Assembly: GCA_035289605.1 (NCBI GenBank)
Contig: DATDWR010000014.1
Location: 13,798-77,797 of the forward strand
Direction: 5' to 3'
Source: Candidatus Nanoarchaeia archaeon
Lineage (GTDB): Archaea; Nanobdellota; Nanobdellia; SCGC-AAA011-G17; GW2011-AR18
Length of the DNA stretch: 64,000 bases
Program-made: the position numbers and the translations under genes
The notes under the pieces: generated by a model
Told to the model about the DNA's origin: nothing
Seen by the model: the letters and a program-made list of their open reading frames with translations, nothing else
The model's database searches: none
In this document: piece by piece, positions 44,711 to 55,056 of the stretch
Layout of the letters: each line of letters begins with the position of its first letter
Position numbering within the stretch: position 1 is the first letter of the stretch

Positions 44711-45880
44711 ATGGCTAATATACTAAAGAATAGGCATAAATATTTTGTTTCAATAGAAGATTTGAATCCGTATAGATTTTTTATTAAATTGGATGATTCT
44801 TTTAATGAATTGATGTTTAGTAAATTAGTTTCCAAGTATCCATCAATGAAGGAAATTTCAAAACAGTTAGATGTTTCTTTGAGTTCTATTTATTCTTGGA
44901 AAAAATCAAGACAATATCCATTATACATAATTTTACATATTTTAAAGGAAACGAAAATAGAAATAAAAAAATTAGAACATACTATTATTAGTATAAAGTC
45001 TGGATTTAAAACTAAAAACGGCGGTGGGGGTGTTAGTCAGGCCATATTTCCGGTGTTTCCGATAAATTTTTCCAAAGAATTATTTAGAATAATCGCACAT
45101 ACTTTTGGTGACGGTTGTTTAAGTATAGCCCAAAATGGAAATATAACTCATGCATACTATAATCAAGAAAAATTGTTAAGAGATAACATTAAACAGGATA
45201 TAAGAGTTGTTTTTGGGAATATAAATCTTAATGAGGGTATAAATAAGACTACACCCTTCGTTAGTATACCTGTTCCTATTTCACTTATTTTATTATCAAA
45301 GATAAAAGTATTTAATGGTACTAGATGCATTATTCCTGACTTTATCTTAAACTCAAAAGATAATGCTTTTAAAATAGAATTTATTAAATCAATTTTTGAT
45401 GATGAAGCCCATGTAAGATACGATCCACCACACAGAAGAGTAGAACTTGCTTTATCTAATGAACTATTTTTAAAACAAATTAGAAATATCTTATTAGAAT
45501 TTAATATAGGAACTACTAATATCTATTATTATTTAAACCGTGATGGATATCATAAATATTATTTTTATATAAGAAATTTTCATAATATAAAATTATTTTA
45601 TGACAAAATTGGATTTAATCATCCTAAAAAGTTGAGAGACTTAAAAATGATAATTTCAAATCCCGGTAGAAAGCATTATGCCACTGGAGAAACTGAATCT
45701 TTAATAATCTCCAATTTGGCTAAAAAACCTGGCTTATCTAAGGATCTTTCCAGAATTTTATTTAGGAATAAATCAACAATTAATTATTGGTTATATAAAT
45801 TAGAAAATAAAGGAAAAGTTAAAAGAAATGGGTTTAGAAAGCTTAAAAAGCGTTCTGAAATTATCTGGGGTTTGAAATGA
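44711..45880 (+). CDS. free-standing double-motif LAGLIDADG-family protein flanked by HTH/wHTH domains
   Basis: Motifs IIAHTFGDGCL and FIKSIFDDEAHV. N-terminal HTH (MKEISKQLDVSLSSIYSWKK) and C-terminal wHTH (NKSTINYWLYKLENKGKV). Its stop overlaps the topA ATG (ATGA). Confidence 0.65.
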   Translation: MANILKNRHKYFVSIEDLNPYRFFIKLDDSFNELMFSKLVSKYPSMKEISKQLDVSLSSIYSWKKSRQYPLYIILHILKETKIEIKKLEHTIISIKSGFKTKNGGGGVSQAIFPVFPINFSKELFRIIAHTFGDGCLSIAQNGNITHAYYNQEKLLRDNIKQDIRVVFGNINLNEGINKTTPFVSIPVPISLILLSKIKVFNGTRCIIPDFILNSKDNAFKIEFIKSIFDDEAHVRYDPPHRRVELALSNELFLKQIRNILLEFNIGTTNIYYYLNRDGYHKYYFYIRNFHNIKLFYDKIGFNHPKKLRDLKMIISNPGRKHYATGETESLIISNLAKKPGLSKDLSRILFRNKSTINYWLYKLENKGKVKRNGFRKLKKRSEIIWGLK

Positions 45881-48075
45881 AGGGTAAATATGAACTTGTG
45901 ATATGTGAAAAGCCAAATGCTGCATTAAAAGTAGCAACAGCATTGGCAGACAAAAAAACTACTAAAAAAGCAATAAATAAAGTCGCTTATTACGAACTTG
46001 AACACAATGGGAAAAAGATAGTTGTAGGCTGTGCCGTAGGTCATTTGTTTAATTTAGCTGAAAAAGACAAGAAAGCCTGGACATATCCTATATTCAGTTT
46101 TGAATGGAAGCCTTCTTACGAAATAAATAAGGAATCTAAATACACAAAATCATACATAGATGTTCTAAGTAAGCTCGCTAAGAATGCTGACGAGTTTACA
46201 ATTGGGTGTGATTATGACAATGAAGGTAGCGTCATTGGATTTAATATTATAAGATTTATATGTAACAGGAAAGATGCTAAGCGTATGAAATTTTCCACGC
46301 TCACTAATGATGAGCTTGTTGAAAGTTATGAGCATGCAATGCCTCACCTGGATTTTCCTCAGATTGAATCAGGTGTTACACGCCACAGTTTAGACTGGCT
46401 TTGGGGTTTAAATCTTTCAAGGGCATTAACATTAAGCATAAAAAATTCAATTGGAATGTTTAAGATTTTAAGCACTGGGAGAGTCCAAGGTCCAACTCTG
46501 AAAGTTTTGTATATTAGAGAAAAAGAAATTGAAATTTTCAAGCCAACTCCATATTGGGAAATAGAGTTATTGGGAAAGACAAATAAAAATGAAGAATTAA
46601 TAGCTTGGCACAAGAAAGGAAAGTTCTGGGACAAAGCCAGAGCAGATGATGTAATGAAAAAGTGTAAAGGTAAAAAGGCAATAGTTTTAGATATAGAAGT
46701 AAAAGAATTCAAGCAAAAATCTCCTTTTCCATTTGATTTGACATCTTTGCAGATTGAAGCTTACTCGACGCTTGGCTTAAGTCCTCAGAAGACATTAGAC
46801 ATTGCTCAGGATCTTTACACAAATGGTTGGATATCTTATCCTAGGACATCATCCCAAAAATTGCCTGCAGCAATAGGCTATAAAAAAATAATTTCTAAAT
46901 TAAGCAAAGTATTTGAAAAAGAATGTAAAATATTGTTGAATAAATATGAGTTAAAGCCTAATGAAGGAAAAAAGGAAGATGCTGCTCATCCGGCAATTTT
47001 TCCAACAGGAGATTTGCCAGATAAATTGGAAGAAAAGTCTCATGGTTTGTACGAGCTCATAGTAAGAAGATTTTTTGCCACATTTGGCGAAGATGCTATA
47101 AGGGAAACTATGAACATTAAATTGGATGTTAATAAAGAAATATTTGTAGCAAATGGTACAAGAACAAAATTCAAGGGCTGGCATGAACTCTACGGAAGAT
47201 TTGTAAAATTAGAAGAAGAGGAGCTTCCAAAATTAAACAAGAACGATGAAGTAAAAGTAGAAAAACTAAATCAGCATTCTAAAGAAACTAAACCTCCTGC
47301 AAGATATACAGAAGCGAGCTTGATTAAAGAACTTGAGTCAAAAAGTCTCGGAACAAAAGCCACGCGCAGTATTATCATACAAAATCTTTTTGATAGAAAT
47401 TACATTAGAGACAAATCAATAGAAGTTACAACTTTAGGAAAAACAACCGTGGAAACTTTGGAAAAATATTGTCCTGAAGTTTTGGATGAAGAGTTGACAA
47501 GAAAATTTGAAGAAGATATGGATGAAATTGAAAAAACTCAGAAGAAAGGCGACGAGATTATTGAAGATGCAAAGAAATTTTTATCAAAAGCCTTGGAAAA
47601 ATTCAAGAAGCATGAAAAAGAGATAGGAAGCGAGCTTGGAAAAGCAGCTATCGAGACTAGAAACAAGGAAAATTTTATTGGAAAATGTCCTAAATGCAAA
47701 GAAGGAGATCTGCAGGTTAGGAGAGGCAAGTTTGGCATGTTCGCTGCTTGTTCTAAATATCCAGATTGCAAGACAACTTTCGCATTGCCAAAATTCGCAT
47801 TGATTAAAGGAGCAGAAAAAGATTGTCCTGTTTGTAATTATCCTATGGTTTTGATTATAAAGTCTAAGAAAAGACCTCAGGAATTATGTATAAATCCTAA
47901 TTGTGAGTCTAAGAAGCAGGAAGAAGAAAAATTTAAGGCTCTTGCTAAGAATATGAAGTGCCCTAATTGCAGTTCTGAATTAATAGTCAAAAAAAGTCCT
48001 TATGGTTTTTTCATTGCTTGTCCTGGCTATCCTAAGTGCAAATACATTGCTAAAATAGAAGAAACTAAAGAATAA
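45877..48075 (+). CDS. topA: DNA topoisomerase IA
   Basis: Toprim (LVICEKP...DYDNEGS), catalytic Tyr context (GWISYPRTSSQKL), and three C-terminal Cys4 zinc ribbons. Confidence 0.9.
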   Translation: MKGKYELVICEKPNAALKVATALADKKTTKKAINKVAYYELEHNGKKIVVGCAVGHLFNLAEKDKKAWTYPIFSFEWKPSYEINKESKYTKSYIDVLSKLAKNADEFTIGCDYDNEGSVIGFNIIRFICNRKDAKRMKFSTLTNDELVESYEHAMPHLDFPQIESGVTRHSLDWLWGLNLSRALTLSIKNSIGMFKILSTGRVQGPTLKVLYIREKEIEIFKPTPYWEIELLGKTNKNEELIAWHKKGKFWDKARADDVMKKCKGKKAIVLDIEVKEFKQKSPFPFDLTSLQIEAYSTLGLSPQKTLDIAQDLYTNGWISYPRTSSQKLPAAIGYKKIISKLSKVFEKECKILLNKYELKPNEGKKEDAAHPAIFPTGDLPDKLEEKSHGLYELIVRRFFATFGEDAIRETMNIKLDVNKEIFVANGTRTKFKGWHELYGRFVKLEEEELPKLNKNDEVKVEKLNQHSKETKPPARYTEASLIKELESKSLGTKATRSIIIQNLFDRNYIRDKSIEVTTLGKTTVETLEKYCPEVLDEELTRKFEEDMDEIEKTQKKGDEIIEDAKKFLSKALEKFKKHEKEIGSELGKAAIETRNKENFIGKCPKCKEGDLQVRRGKFGMFAACSKYPDCKTTFALPKFALIKGAEKDCPVCNYPMVLIIKSKKRPQELCINPNCESKKQEEEKFKALAKNMKCPNCSSELIVKKSPYGFFIACPGYPKCKYIAKIEETKE

Positions 48076-48106
48076 ATTTATAAACTTTACTTCATTATAA
48101 AAAAAC

Positions 48107-48442
48107 ATGTACAAAAAATTTGATGTTCATGTTGGAAAACCAACTGTACTGTCTGAATATGATTCTTCTCCTAATTATATTGTAGATGGTTTTCGTTACT
48201 GTGGTTGTTTGGATGAAAAAGTTTTTTCACTGTTTGTTTTTCAATATCGTGAAAAAATGCATCCTGTAGCCAGGCCTGCAAGAGATATTCCATTAGAAAA
48301 AACAGTTGGTTATAATCTATATTATCCAAGGGATATTAAAGAAATCATTTTGGAAACTGCAACAGATAAGACCGCTAAAATAAAAATTGAGAAAGTTACG
48401 CCTGAAAGATTTATTGGAAAGTTTAGATTGGAAAAAAGCTAA
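48107..48442 (+). CDS. hypothetical protein
   Basis: 111-aa ORF. Confidence 0.45.
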   Translation: MYKKFDVHVGKPTVLSEYDSSPNYIVDGFRYCGCLDEKVFSLFVFQYREKMHPVARPARDIPLEKTVGYNLYYPRDIKEIILETATDKTAKIKIEKVTPERFIGKFRLEKS

Positions 48443-48473
48443 GTAATTTATTCCTTCATTCACAATTTCAAAC

Positions 48474-48878
48474 TTAGTTTTTATGTTTCCTTATATGTAC
48501 TTTAAATTCGTTGCTTAAATTTTTTGATTCATCTTTAAAATCTCTAAATTCTATTATAAATGATTTAAATTCGTTAGTTAATTCTCTAAATTCTTTTAGA
48601 TTTATTTTAAAATCAGTTGCTAAACTTCCAAATTGAGTTTTCAAATGATTATGGTCAGAATATAACTGTGTCAAGACTATTACAATAGTAAATAGCATTC
48701 CGACTACTAGCATGAGCAAAGATAAATTAAGTTCTTCTATTGACCAAGAACCTCCAAATATTTTTCTTAATACCTGATAAATTATAAAAAAGCCAAATAA
48801 GATTATAGCAGATTGTAATATTCTTATTAATATTTTCAGCCTCATTTTTACCCACCCACTCTTTTTGTGATAAGCCAA
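48474..48878 (-). CDS. small membrane protein with repetitive EF(K/R) C-terminal helix
   Basis: Two TM segments, then KEFRELTNEFKSFIIEFRDFKDESKNLSNEFK. It lies on the segment bounded by the duplicated radB 3' end. Confidence 0.5.
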   Translation of the reverse strand: MAYHKKSGWVKMRLKILIRILQSAIILFGFFIIYQVLRKIFGGSWSIEELNLSLLMLVVGMLFTIVIVLTQLYSDHNHLKTQFGSLATDFKINLKEFRELTNEFKSFIIEFRDFKDESKNLSNEFKVHIRKHKN

Positions 48879-49014
48879 ACTGCTAAGACTATAATTAGCA
48901 AAAACATCATAGCCAAAGATAAATACATTAATAATTTGTCAATATCCATAATAATTTATAGATATTCAGATTTATATGTCTTGTGTAAAAATTTTCAGAA
49001 GATTTTCGGAAAGT

Positions 49015-49632
49015 TCAGATTTTTATTCCTTCATTCACAATCTCAAATTTAATTTCTTTGTTTTCTGGTTTCTTCATAATTATTTTTCTTGGATTCTTCT
49101 CAAGTTTAATTAGTGTATCAGATAATCCAATTAAAACATCTCTTCCTACAGGCATTATGTTGTTTTCAAATCCTGAATAAACTTGGCTTGTTATAATTAC
49201 AGGAATATTTTTTGCTATATTTTTCAGGATTAACAGTTGTTTTGCTAGCATTCCTTTGGCAAGCTCTGGTTCTTTTGAATATAATCTTCTATAATGATGT
49301 GTTAATGAATCAACAACTATTAATGAAATGTTTTTTATGTTTTCTAAATTTTTAATTTGTGTATGCTGTACATTAAAATTGTTTATTTTAAGTTTTAATA
49401 TATTCTTTAAACACTCCTTGTTTTTTCCTTCAAGTATTTGGTTTATTCTTTCTATTGAAAAATTGCTTTCTGTATCAAAAAATATGACCTTTTTTCCACT
49501 TAACGCTAGTTCTAATGTTGCAAGTAAGCATAATGTTGTCTTTCCTGTTCCTGCTTCACCATATATTGAAGTTACTTCTTGTTTGTATCCTTCTAGAAAT
49601 TTACTTAATTCCTCATTTCTCATCTTTATCAT
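49015..49632 (-). CDS. radB: RadB/KaiC-like RecA-superfamily ATPase
   Basis: Walker A GEAGTGKTTLCL, Walker B LIVVDSLT, ~205 aa. Confidence 0.7.
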   Translation of the reverse strand: MIKMRNEELSKFLEGYKQEVTSIYGEAGTGKTTLCLLATLELALSGKKVIFFDTESNFSIERINQILEGKNKECLKNILKLKINNFNVQHTQIKNLENIKNISLIVVDSLTHHYRRLYSKEPELAKGMLAKQLLILKNIAKNIPVIITSQVYSGFENNIMPVGRDVLIGLSDTLIKLEKNPRKIIMKKPENKEIKFEIVNEGIKI

Positions 49633-49651
49633 AGAGTTTTACGAAAAATGT

Positions 49652-50038
49652 TTATGTTATTAATTCTTTTGCATCTAACAATTCAACTAATTCTGAACCT
49701 TCATAATGAACAACTGTTTTTAATCTTTTAATCCTAGACTTAATATAATAACTTAATACTTCTTTGCTTCTATAAAACAGCTCAATATTAGATAGAGTCC
49801 TTCGTTCGCTTGTTCCTCTTCCGACCAGTCCAGTATGCAAAACTATTTCTTCGCCTTTTCCCAAATTTTCTGCTTCGCTTATAGCTTCATAAAGTTTCAA
49901 TACTTTAAAAATTTTGTTTTGTGCTTCTTTCATTTTCTTTTCATTAATGTTCATTAACTTCATCCATGCTTTTCTAGATAATGCTTTAGAGTATCGTAAG
50001 AATCCGATTGCAATTGCTGCTAAAGGTTTGTTTACCAT
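49652..50038 (-). CDS. hypothetical protein
   Basis: 128-aa ORF upstream of radB on the same strand. Confidence 0.45.
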   Translation of the reverse strand: MVNKPLAAIAIGFLRYSKALSRKAWMKLMNINEKKMKEAQNKIFKVLKLYEAISEAENLGKGEEIVLHTGLVGRGTSERRTLSNIELFYRSKEVLSYYIKSRIKRLKTVVHYEGSELVELLDAKELIT

Positions 50039-50064
50039 TTTTTTATTTATTTAAATTTATAATT

Positions 50065-50706
50065 TTATCGTCTTTGTCCAGCAGCTATATCCATAACTAT
50101 ATCACGATGGTCAACTGGAGATTTGATTCCTATTTCTCTGGCTTCAGCTTCTGCTCCAGGATAAGGGTCAAAAGATACATGAGCGACAGATTGTTCCATT
50201 TGCACTCTTGCTGTTAAATATCTTTTTAATCCTCCTACGTTTTTATAATATATTGCAGATCTTGCTATTTTTGAATTTATATGATCAGGGTTAGATCCAG
50301 CCAAAGAAACTGTAACATTATCAAAAATTTCTGCCAAGTTTGTTTTATTATCACAACTACCTAGATTGTCATCAGAACTGGAAAATTCCCAATAGTGGTA
50401 TATTGCTTCATGGACACTTATATTATATACTCCTTTAGGTCTTAGAGTTAGTATGCGTCGATTTACTAGTTCAAACAATTGTTCTTCTTCTCTTCTTAAG
50501 ATAGAAGAATTTTTATATCTAGGAATTGTACTAGCTTCTATGAAATGTCTTATCATATCTCTAATCTCTGCACTGGAAATAGCATTATCGTCTGTTAGAT
50601 ATTCATCTACTGCTCTTGCAACAGCTTCTTGATCTTGAGATTTTGTATTATTAAAATTTCCAAATCTATGCTTTTTTAGTAACTCCTCTAGCCTGTCTGC
50701 TGCCAT
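50065..50706 (-). CDS. hypothetical protein
   Basis: I prefer the ATG at 50706 (MAADRLEELLKKH). The track's extension to 50931 is AT-rich, low-complexity and overlaps the divergent gene. Confidence 0.5.
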   Translation of the reverse strand: MAADRLEELLKKHRFGNFNNTKSQDQEAVARAVDEYLTDDNAISSAEIRDMIRHFIEASTIPRYKNSSILRREEEQLFELVNRRILTLRPKGVYNISVHEAIYHYWEFSSSDDNLGSCDNKTNLAEIFDNVTVSLAGSNPDHINSKIARSAIYYKNVGGLKRYLTARVQMEQSVAHVSFDPYPGAEAEAREIGIKSPVDHRDIVMDIAAGQRR

Positions 50707-50772
50707 ATTTTTATAGTTATTATTTAAGAATTTAAGAAACTTGAAGTTTATAAGCGTAACATTTATATATTT

Positions 50773-50799
50773 TTTGTATACATACAATGTATATACAAA
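50773..50799. promoter_or_regulatory. 27-nt near-perfect palindrome abutting the ATG of the Zn-ribbon/AbrB gene (candidate operator)
   Basis: tttgtata-N11-tatacaaa: 8-bp perfect arms with additional inner pairs, ending 1 nt before the ATG at 50800. Confidence 0.35.
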
Positions 50800-51174
50800 A
50801 TGACAGATGTATTTGATCACATAGTCCTTTGCAGTAGCTGTAATTCCAAAACCAGAAAGAATTATGCAGTTAAGGAAGGCTTTGAGTTCAGGACTCTTGA
50901 ATGCCCAAAATGCGGAGAAGTAATTTATCATCCTGCAGATTTGAAAGAATATGAGGATTTCAAAAAATTAAGAAGTAGGGATTTCAATGTAAAATTAAGA
51001 ATGGTTGGAAATAGTTTTTGTGTTTCAATACCAAAAGAAATAATAGACTTTCATAGAGAATTTGAGGAAGAGTTTAATGATCTCGTTAGGTTGAGTTTGG
51101 AAGGTCCTGGCAAGATTAATATGTTTTTTATGAGCAGAAAATTTTATAATAACACCTATAATACAAAGGAATAA
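50800..51174 (+). CDS. Zn-ribbon plus AbrB/SpoVT-like DNA-binding protein
   Basis: CSSC...CPKC, then VGNSFCVSIPKEII (swapped-hairpin motif). Its stop lies 1 nt before the cdc48 ATG. Confidence 0.6.
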   Translation: MTDVFDHIVLCSSCNSKTRKNYAVKEGFEFRTLECPKCGEVIYHPADLKEYEDFKKLRSRDFNVKLRMVGNSFCVSIPKEIIDFHREFEEEFNDLVRLSLEGPGKINMFFMSRKFYNNTYNTKE

Positions 51175-51175
51175 A

Positions 51176-53968
51176 ATGGACGCAGTAAAGCAGGAAATTA
51201 AACTAAAAGTCATGGAAGCATTGCAGGAAGAGGCATACAGAGGTATTGTTAGAATAGATTCTCAAACAATGAGGGATATTGGTGTAAGGCCTGGAGATAT
51301 TGTTGAGGTTGAAGGTACAAGAAAGACTGTTGGCGTTGTTGATCGTGCATATCCGACAGATGTTGGCCAGACAATTATTCGTATGGATGGCATCATGAGA
51401 AGAAATGCAAAGACAAGCCTTGGAGAGTTCGTCCGTGTTCGTAGAGCTGAAGTCAAGGAAGCCCGCAGTGTTACTATTGCTCCTGCCCAAAAAGGTGTTA
51501 CTATTCAGGCTGACCCTATTTATTTCAAGCGTGGCCTTATAGGAAGGGCTTTAATTAAAGGTGACCAAGTTGCCTTGGGTGGAGGTCGTAGAAGAAGAAA
51601 GACTATTGAGGGCGGTCCTTTCGAGGATATTTTTGACATATTTGAGCCTGATTTTGGAATATTTGGATTTACTGGTTTGAAATTTATTGTTATTATCACA
51701 GAGCCTAAGCAGGCTGTTTTAGTTACAGAAAATACAGAAGTTGTTCTTAACCCTAAGGCCGTAGAAATTTTGGAAGAGAAGGTTGTTGAAGTTACTTATG
51801 AAGATATTGGTGGGTTGACTGATGAAGTTAAAAAAATAAGGGAAATGGTTGAGCTTCCACTTAAGCATCCTGAATTATTCCAAAGGTTAGGTATAGAACC
51901 TCCTAAAGGAGTTTTGCTTCATGGTCCTCCTGGCACTGGCAAGACATTGTTAGCTAAAGCAGTTGCTAATGAAACTAATGCGCATTTTATTCATTTAGAT
52001 GGTCCAAGCGTTATGTGTGTTAGTGGTGATACAGAGATATTGACTTATGAAAATAATTTTGTTAGAGCAGAAGAATTATTTAATAAATCAAAAGTTGATG
52101 GGATAATTGAAAATAGTAATAATTTAGAAATGATTAAATTAAAAAATCCAATAAATGTTCATTCTATAGATAATGAATTAAAAAGTGTTATGGGAAAAAT
52201 TACTCACGTTACTAAGCTTAAAGCAGATTCTTATTCCATAAAAACATCAGATAATAAAGATTTAATAGTTTCACACAATCAGCCTTTTGCAGTTTTAAAT
52301 AATAAATTAGAGTGGAAAACTCTTAAAGAATTAAAAATTGGTGACGAAATATTAAAACTTAATGAAATTGAAAATAGAAACTCAAATCAGGTTCTATCAG
52401 CAGTTACGACTTGTAAAATAGAAGAAATAATACCGTTAGGAAAGAGAATATTGTATGATTTTACTATTAACCCTTATGAAAATTTTATTGCTACTAAAAA
52501 TTTATTAATATTACATAATTCAAAATACGTCGGCGAGGCGGAAAAGAGAATAAGGGATATTTTTGAGGAGGCTGAAAAAAATTCTCCTTCAATTATTTTT
52601 ATTGATGAAATAGATGCAATTGCCAGCAAGAGGGAAGAAAGTTATGGTGAAGTAGAGCGGCGTGTTGTTGCACAAATACTCGCTACAATGGATGGCTTAA
52701 AATCTCGTGGCAGGGTAGTTGTTATTGCAGCAACTAACAGGCCGAATTCTATTGATCCTGCTTTGAGGCGTCCAGGAAGGTTTGATAGGGAAATAGAAAT
52801 TGGTGTTCCTAAGGAAGAAGCAAGGCTTCAGATTTTGAAGATACATACTAGAAATATGCCGTTGACTAATGATGTTAATCTTGATGAATTAGCAAGGGTT
52901 ACTCACGGTTTTGTTGGTGCTGATCTTGAAGTTCTTTGCAAGGAAGCAGCTATAGTTGTATTGAGAAAATTGCTTCCTGAGCTTAAGTATAAGAAAGATG
53001 AACCTATTCCTACAGAATTTTTGGAAAAATTGATTATAACAATTTCAGATTTTAAGGAAGCTCTTAAGTCTGTCAGGCCTAGTGCTTTAAGAGAAGTATT
53101 TATTGAAAGGCCTACAACAAAGTGGGGAGATATTGGTGGTCTTGAAAATATTAAGCAGGACTTGAAGGAAGCTGTTGAGTGGCCTCTAAAATGTCCTGAA
53201 GTTTTCAAGAGTATGGGAATAAAAGCCCCTAAGGGAGTATTACTATACGGTCCTCCTGGTACTGGTAAGACATTGCTGGCAAGAGCTATAGCTAATGAAA
53301 GTGAAGCAAATTTTATTTTGGTTAATGGTCCTGAGTTATTATCAAAGTGGGTTGGAGATAGCGAAAAGGGAATTAGAAAAGTTTTTGAAAAGGCAAGACA
53401 GGCTTCTCCAACTATAATTTTCTTTGATGAAGTTGATGCTATTGCTCCTAGAAGAGGAAGATCTTCTGACGCAGGTGTTACAGAGAGAATGGTTAACCAG
53501 ATGCTTACAGAGATTGATGGCTTGCAGGAACTTAATGATGTTATAGTTATTGGTGCAACTAATAGGCCTGATATTTTGGATCCTGCTTTACTGAGACCTG
53601 GAAGGTTTGATAGGTTAGTGTTAGCTCCTGTTCCTGATGACAAGGCAAGGCTTCAGATTTTGAAGATACATACTAAAGGAATGCCATTGACTAAAGATGT
53701 TGATCTTGAGGTTATTGCAGAAAAAACCCAAAATTTTGTTGGAGCTGATATTGAAGCTTTGTGCAGGGAAGCTGCTATATTAGCCTTGAGAAAGGACATG
53801 AATGCTAAGCAGGTAAATATGAAAAATTTCAATGAAGCTCTGAAAAGAGTTAAGCCTTCGATAACTAGCGAAGATATTAAGCGCTATGAAGAAATTGAAG
53901 ATGATTACTTGAGAACAGCTAGAGGTGCTGCTATTCGTGATAAAGATGCTTTGAGTTATATGGGCTAA
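51176..53968 (+). CDS. cdc48: Cdc48/VCP-like double-ring AAA+ ATPase containing a mini-intein in D1
   Basis: N-domain plus two AAA modules ([15 protein letters not shown]; [15 protein letters not shown]). The D1 sequence GPSVM / [10 protein letters not shown] is interrupted by 168 aa. Confidence 0.9.
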   Translation: MDAVKQEIKLKVMEALQEEAYRGIVRIDSQTMRDIGVRPGDIVEVEGTRKTVGVVDRAYPTDVGQTIIRMDGIMRRNAKTSLGEFVRVRRAEVKEARSVTIAPAQKGVTIQADPIYFKRGLIGRALIKGDQVALGGGRRRRKTIEGGPFEDIFDIFEPDFGIFGFTGLKFIVIITEPKQAVLVTENTEVVLNPKAVEILEEKVVEVTYEDIGGLTDEVKKIREMVELPLKHPELFQRLGIEPPKGVLLHGPPGTGKTLLAKAVANETNAHFIHLDGPSVMCVSGDTEILTYENNFVRAEELFNKSKVDGIIENSNNLEMIKLKNPINVHSIDNELKSVMGKITHVTKLKADSYSIKTSDNKDLIVSHNQPFAVLNNKLEWKTLKELKIGDEILKLNEIENRNSNQVLSAVTTCKIEEIIPLGKRILYDFTINPYENFIATKNLLILHNSKYVGEAEKRIRDIFEEAEKNSPSIIFIDEIDAIASKREESYGEVERRVVAQILATMDGLKSRGRVVVIAATNRPNSIDPALRRPGRFDREIEIGVPKEEARLQILKIHTRNMPLTNDVNLDELARVTHGFVGADLEVLCKEAAIVVLRKLLPELKYKKDEPIPTEFLEKLIITISDFKEALKSVRPSALREVFIERPTTKWGDIGGLENIKQDLKEAVEWPLKCPEVFKSMGIKAPKGVLLYGPPGTGKTLLARAIANESEANFILVNGPELLSKWVGDSEKGIRKVFEKARQASPTIIFFDEVDAIAPRRGRSSDAGVTERMVNQMLTEIDGLQELNDVIVIGATNRPDILDPALLRPGRFDRLVLAPVPDDKARLQILKIHTKGMPLTKDVDLEVIAEKTQNFVGADIEALCREAAILALRKDMNAKQVNMKNFNEALKRVKPSITSEDIKRYEEIEDDYLRTARGAAIRDKDALSYMG
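52016..52519 (+). mobile_element. mini-intein (168 aa, no homing-endonuclease domain)
   Basis: Starts CVSGDTEIL (block A), has an internal LIVSHNQPF (block B-like), and ends [22 protein letters not shown] followed by a +1 Ser. Removing it restores ...[13 protein letters not shown]..., which is typical of AAA D1. Confidence 0.8.
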
Positions 53969-53972
53969 ATTA

Positions 53973-54623
53973 TTATGGTTTTATTTCATATACGCGATAA
54001 ACTTTCATGTCTTTTGTTGTTTCTGCTATCTGAACAATCGAATATTTATTTTCCTTTACCAAATTCTCTATAAATTCAAAGTCTGCAAAATTAGACCAAG
54101 TAGAATAGATCCGTCCTTCATGATTAAGATAATTTTTTGCCTCTTTAAAAAATCTCTTAATAATATTATGATCTTTATCAAAAAATGCTTTTTCAATTAA
54201 ATTTTTTGCTTCTTTGTCTGCGTAAGGAGGATTGATGAGAATAACATCAAACTTTCTTTCGTTTGGGAATATATCTGCTTGAAATGCTTTCATTTTTTTA
54301 CTTAATTTGTGCAGTTTAATATTTTCTTGAATGTTCTTTATTGCCTGAGGATTTATGTCAACAGCAATTACTTCTTTAGCAAATTGTGCAAAGAAAATTG
54401 AAATCGCACCAGTTCCAGCAAAAGTTTCAAGTACTTTATCATCAGATTTTACTTTAGCAGAATTTATGAGAAGTTCAGTATCACTAGCAGGATAGAAAAC
54501 TCCGGGTAATACAACTATTGATTTACCTAAAACATCAACATTATATGGTTCATTGCACTTTTCCATTGCTTTGATTTTATATCTTTGAAGTTCTAATATT
54601 TCTTCACTTGGATAAATTGTCAT
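53973..54623 (-). CDS. SAM-dependent methyltransferase, Mtq2/PrmC (NPPY) family
   Basis: VFYPASDTELL, SAM-binding ETFAGTGAIS, and catalytic INPPY. I prefer the start at 54623. Confidence 0.7.
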   Translation of the reverse strand: MTIYPSEEILELQRYKIKAMEKCNEPYNVDVLGKSIVVLPGVFYPASDTELLINSAKVKSDDKVLETFAGTGAISIFFAQFAKEVIAVDINPQAIKNIQENIKLHKLSKKMKAFQADIFPNERKFDVILINPPYADKEAKNLIEKAFFDKDHNIIKRFFKEAKNYLNHEGRIYSTWSNFADFEFIENLVKENKYSIVQIAETTKDMKVYRVYEIKP

Positions 54624-54717
54624 AATAAAAGAATTAAATAATAATTTATATTTATTTCGTAAAAACAATAGACTGGTCTTTTATTATTATAGTATGTTCT
54701 GCTTATGAATTATACTA

Positions 54718-55056
54718 TTAGTTCTTTCCTTCTAAAACCATTTTATCTCCTTCAGGATGGATATAAGCTTCCTCGCCTTCATGAAGATTTAGATATTCAG
54801 CTAATTTCTTGGGTATTCTAACTGCTAAAGAATTGCCTGTTCTAGTTATTTTGGTAGTTGCGCCTAATCCCCATACGCCTTTTTTCTTTGCTGCTTCTTC
54901 TATTCTTTTTGTCGTTTCTGAATCAGTAAAGGATTCACCGCATTTATCACATACTTCTGCAGGAAATTTACCTAAGTTTACTCCGAACATATATTCTTCT
55001 ATTTCCTGATTTTTTAATGTTCCTTTCTCGCATATTGGACATTTCATTTTTTCCAC
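54718..55056 (-). CDS. antitoxin-like Zn-ribbon plus AbrB/SpoVT-domain protein
   Basis: CPICEKG...CDKCGE, then GNSLAVRIPKKLAEYL. Overlaps the upstream DUF4258-like gene. Confidence 0.6.
   Translation of the reverse strand: MEKMKCPICEKGTLKNQEIEEYMFGVNLGKFPAEVCDKCGESFTDSETTKRIEEAAKKKGVWGLGATTKITRTGNSLAVRIPKKLAEYLNLHEGEEAYIHPEGDKMVLEGKN

Noticed and set aside
50707-50931. N-terminal 75-aa extension of the 50065 ORF in the track
   Set aside because: The extension is an AT-rich, low-complexity translation that overlaps the divergent Zn-ribbon/AbrB gene and its palindrome. The internal ATG at 50706 gives a sensible start.
52903-53643. 246-aa minus-strand ORF inside cdc48
   Set aside because: It is antisense to the D2 AAA module, so it is a shadow ORF.
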